The notes under the pieces: generated by a model
Database searches by the model: none
What the model was told of the DNA's origin: nothing
Seen by the model: the letters and a program-made list of their open reading frames with translations, nothing else
IMG/VR virus record: IMGVR_UViG_3300036799_000108
Location: 2,543-66,542 of that record
Source: a virus
Length of the DNA: 64,000 bases
Reading direction: 5' to 3' (one strand)
Shown here: one piece after another, positions 61,837 through 64,000 of the stretch
Layout of the letters: each line of letters starts with the position of its first letter
Position numbering within the stretch: the stretch's first letter is position 1
Position numbers and translations under genes: made by a program

Positions 61837-63569
61837 ATCACCGGCCGCGCCAGGAAGCCCTCAAGCCCAGCCTGATCGTCGGCCATTGAGCTGCCGATCG
61901 CCATGATCATCGCGGTCGCACCGTCGATCCTTCCAATGCTGACCTTCTTCGTCGGCATCTGGTTCTCATTCTTGTCGGTCTGCACGCGCATGTTCAGCGC
62001 CATCCAGCGCAGCACCGGATTACCGCCGTGGTCGATCTTGTTCGCCAACAGCCACGCCAGTAGTTCCTTCGTCGGCGCGGTGTAGGACCGGATGCCCTGA
62101 ATGAACTCCTTCATCGTCATGCCGCTGTTTTGCAGGCTGACGGCAAGCTGGATCGCGTTCCACGGGTCGAAGGCAATGCTGGCAATGTCGAAGAGGCGAG
62201 CGTCCTCGAGGATCGCACGCTCAACCTCCGTGTGGTCGATGATGTTGCCCTGTGTCGGCTCGATCAGACCCTCATCGATCCAGCGCCGATACTGCACCTG
62301 ATCGCGATCCGACTTCTGATCGACGGTATCGGCAGGCATCCAGAACCGCGGAACCACCCGCCAACGGTCACCGTGTTCGAGCGGCGGGAACAGCTTCACC
62401 CAGGCCGAGAGGTCGATCTTGCTCGACAGGTCGAGGCCTGCGAAGCAGCGCCGGCCGTGCATCTCCGCAGGGTCGAACGGACCCAGCGAATTGGTATCCC
62501 ATAGCGGCCCGGTGATGAGCTGCGACGCAGAGGCCGTCCGCATGTTCAACCGCAGTCGCTTGAACTCAATCTGCTTCGCCGGATTGTTCTTCGCCGCCCG
62601 GCACTGCCGCGTCAGGTCATCGAGCTTGACGCTGACGCCGAGGTTCGGGTTCGCTTTGCCCCAGACGCTTGGGTCATCCCAGCGGTCCTCGGCATCGAGT
62701 GTGGCAATGAACACAAACCACTCGTCGTCAACGAAGTTGCCCGCCACCACGTTGGCCGCATAGGCATGCTCTTGCGCGTAGACGCTCTCAGGGTTGTCGT
62801 CGCCGGCGGTGGTGATGATCCAGAGCAACGGTTGTCGTCTCGACCCCATCGCCGTGTCCAGCACATCCAGCACGGCGCGGTTGCGGTGCTTGTGCAATTC
62901 GTCGATGACGATGCAGTGCGGGTTCAGGCCATCCAACGTGCGATCATCGGACGAGAGGGGTTGGAAACTGGATAGCGTGCGGTCAACCGCAAGCGAGGCG
63001 CGGTAGACCGAAACGATCTTCTGCAGGTCTTCCGACCTCATCACCATGCGACGGGCCTCGTCGAACACGATGCGCGCCTGATCTTTCTTGGTAGCCGCCG
63101 AATAGACGTCAGCACCCGGCTCGTCGTCAGCGACCAAGCACTTCAGCGCCACAGTGGCCGCGCTGGTCGACTTGCCGTTCTTCCTGGCGACTTCCTCGTA
63201 GACCACCCGGTAGCGCCGCAGCCCATCATTGCGCAGCCACCCGAAGGCGGACCCTCGAACGAAGCATTGCCACGGCGAAAGCTTCAGCCGCCGGCCCGCC
63301 CACTCGCCCTTGGAGTGGCGGCAATACTCAGCGAATTCGATGGCATACTTCGCGATGTCGGGGCGCCAGACGAAGCCCTTCTTCTTCGCCTGCTCCAGAT
63401 CGCGGAAGTGTCGCTCGCACGCCGAGCGGACCAAGGCGCCTACGACGACCTTCCCCTTCAGAACGTCCCACGCATAGGCGCTGACCGGATCAGTGGATGG
63501 CTTGCGGTCGGGGAGCGTTGGCGAGGTATGTTTCGAGGCTCTGGCGCGGGGCGTCTTTGGCGCGGCCAT
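61833..63569 (-). CDS. terL: Terminase large subunit (Terminase_1, HK97-like)
   Basis: EVARKNGKST, IDELH, ITTAG, AGLDLS, RIDG. Confidence 0.97.
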   Translation of the reverse strand: MAAPKTPRARASKHTSPTLPDRKPSTDPVSAYAWDVLKGKVVVGALVRSACERHFRDLEQAKKKGFVWRPDIAKYAIEFAEYCRHSKGEWAGRRLKLSPWQCFVRGSAFGWLRNDGLRRYRVVYEEVARKNGKSTSAATVALKCLVADDEPGADVYSAATKKDQARIVFDEARRMVMRSEDLQKIVSVYRASLAVDRTLSSFQPLSSDDRTLDGLNPHCIVIDELHKHRNRAVLDVLDTAMGSRRQPLLWIITTAGDDNPESVYAQEHAYAANVVAGNFVDDEWFVFIATLDAEDRWDDPSVWGKANPNLGVSVKLDDLTRQCRAAKNNPAKQIEFKRLRLNMRTASASQLITGPLWDTNSLGPFDPAEMHGRRCFAGLDLSSKIDLSAWVKLFPPLEHGDRWRVVPRFWMPADTVDQKSDRDQVQYRRWIDEGLIEPTQGNIIDHTEVERAILEDARLFDIASIAFDPWNAIQLAVSLQNSGMTMKEFIQGIRSYTAPTKELLAWLLANKIDHGGNPVLRWMALNMRVQTDKNENQMPTKKVSIGRIDGATAMIMAIGSSMADDQAGLEGFLARPVM

Positions 63570-64000
63570 CCGTGGCTCTCAGCGTTTCGCCGGTCGCTGG
63601 ACCACCAGCAAAGATCCGTGGCCGTGAAACCGGTGTGAAGCCAAGCTCGCTCGCGGCCTTGAGCATTGCGGCGCCCTGACGGCTGATGATGCCGATGAAC
63701 GGTGACGGCACCATCTGAGGCCCCTGGCGGAACAGCAGCCCTTTGAAGGAGCGACCAGATGCCGCCAGGGCGTTCTGCTCGCGCGTGGCCGCGCGGTGAA
63801 GACAGTGCGCGACGACCCAGGCTTCCAACGCGGATCCATCGATCCGCTTGAGCAGGCCGGGCGGCGAGTGACGCAAGGCATATTCCCAAACCTCGCGCTG
63901 CTCTGCGTTGAAGTGTTCCGGACAGTCGCTCGGATTATCCACAAGATCGCCATCGGGGATCGGCTCGGCAGAATTACGCGGCTCTTCCGAGCCATGCAGG
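63490..64000 (-). CDS. terS: Terminase small subunit, P27 family (5' end outside the window)
   Basis: W..L...D..ALE.W..A..SP..ASELGFTPVSR; frame is open to the window edge (LHGSEEPRN..). Confidence 0.9.
   Translation of the reverse strand, partial: LHGSEEPRNSAEPIPDGDLVDNPSDCPEHFNAEQREVWEYALRHSPPGLLKRIDGSALEAWVVAHCLHRAATREQNALAASGRSFKGLLFRQGPQMVPSPFIGIISRQGAAMLKAASELGFTPVSRPRIFAGGPATGETLRATDGRAKDAPRQSLETYLANAPRPQAIH

Larger units (their letters stand above)
1..64000. mobile_element. Tailed bacteriophage or prophage (HK97-type head, GTA-like siphovirus tail), truncated in TerS at the right edge
   Basis: Terminase, portal, protease, capsid, tail, repressor/Cro and replication genes are all present; no housekeeping genes and no integrase seen. 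Confidence 0.97.

Noticed and set aside
1-64000. CRISPR array, tRNA or rRNA genes
   Set aside because: No regularly spaced repeat-spacer units, cloverleaf or rRNA-like stretch seen by eye; all repeats found are coding or junctional. A tRNAscan/Infernal run would be needed to exclude short RNAs.
1-64000. Integrase, att sites, IS elements, ParA, protelomerase
   Set aside because: No ORF shows tyrosine/serine recombinase, DDE or Walker-box ParA motifs; they could lie outside the window

Overview
The whole window is one GC-rich tailed-phage (siphovirus-like) sequence. The host is probably alphaproteobacterial (GcrA-like, GapR-like, DUF6456-like, YdaU and GTA-type tail genes), and Acetobacteraceae is suggested by the plasmid-type HTH Rep and RHH genes. 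No host genes are visible. Layout: (1) 4-7580 (+), an accessory island of small genes resembling plasmid/ICE leading-region families, plus a beta-clamp-like gene, DUF5131 and a lipoprotein. (2) 18078->7591 (-), a Cro-led early lytic operon: GapR/RMF-like, VRR-NUC-like, HNH + SF2 helicase, YdaU initiator, GcrA-like, DUF6456-like, ParB-N, HAD and an MTase-like gene. (3) 18229-26234 (+), a tandem-HTH repressor, a RecE-like/Sak4-like recombination pair and many microgenes. (4) 27456-28052 (+), a plasmid-type HTH replication protein where an integrase would be expected. (5) 64000->28082 (-), the late operon: HK97-type head, a lysis/glycosylation insert, a tail with the classical G-T frameshift, GTA-like tail tip, and six fibre/lectin genes interrupted by homing endonucleases. 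Best novel candidates: an unannotated type I toxin-antitoxin-like unit (26-aa peptide plus antisense RNA) at 13.3-13.45 kb; two antisense HNH cassettes whose opposite strands are exact bridging ORFs between tail genes; and a G7 tract that would fuse the HNH to the helicase on losing one G. Family names come from motif recognition by eye, not from database searches.
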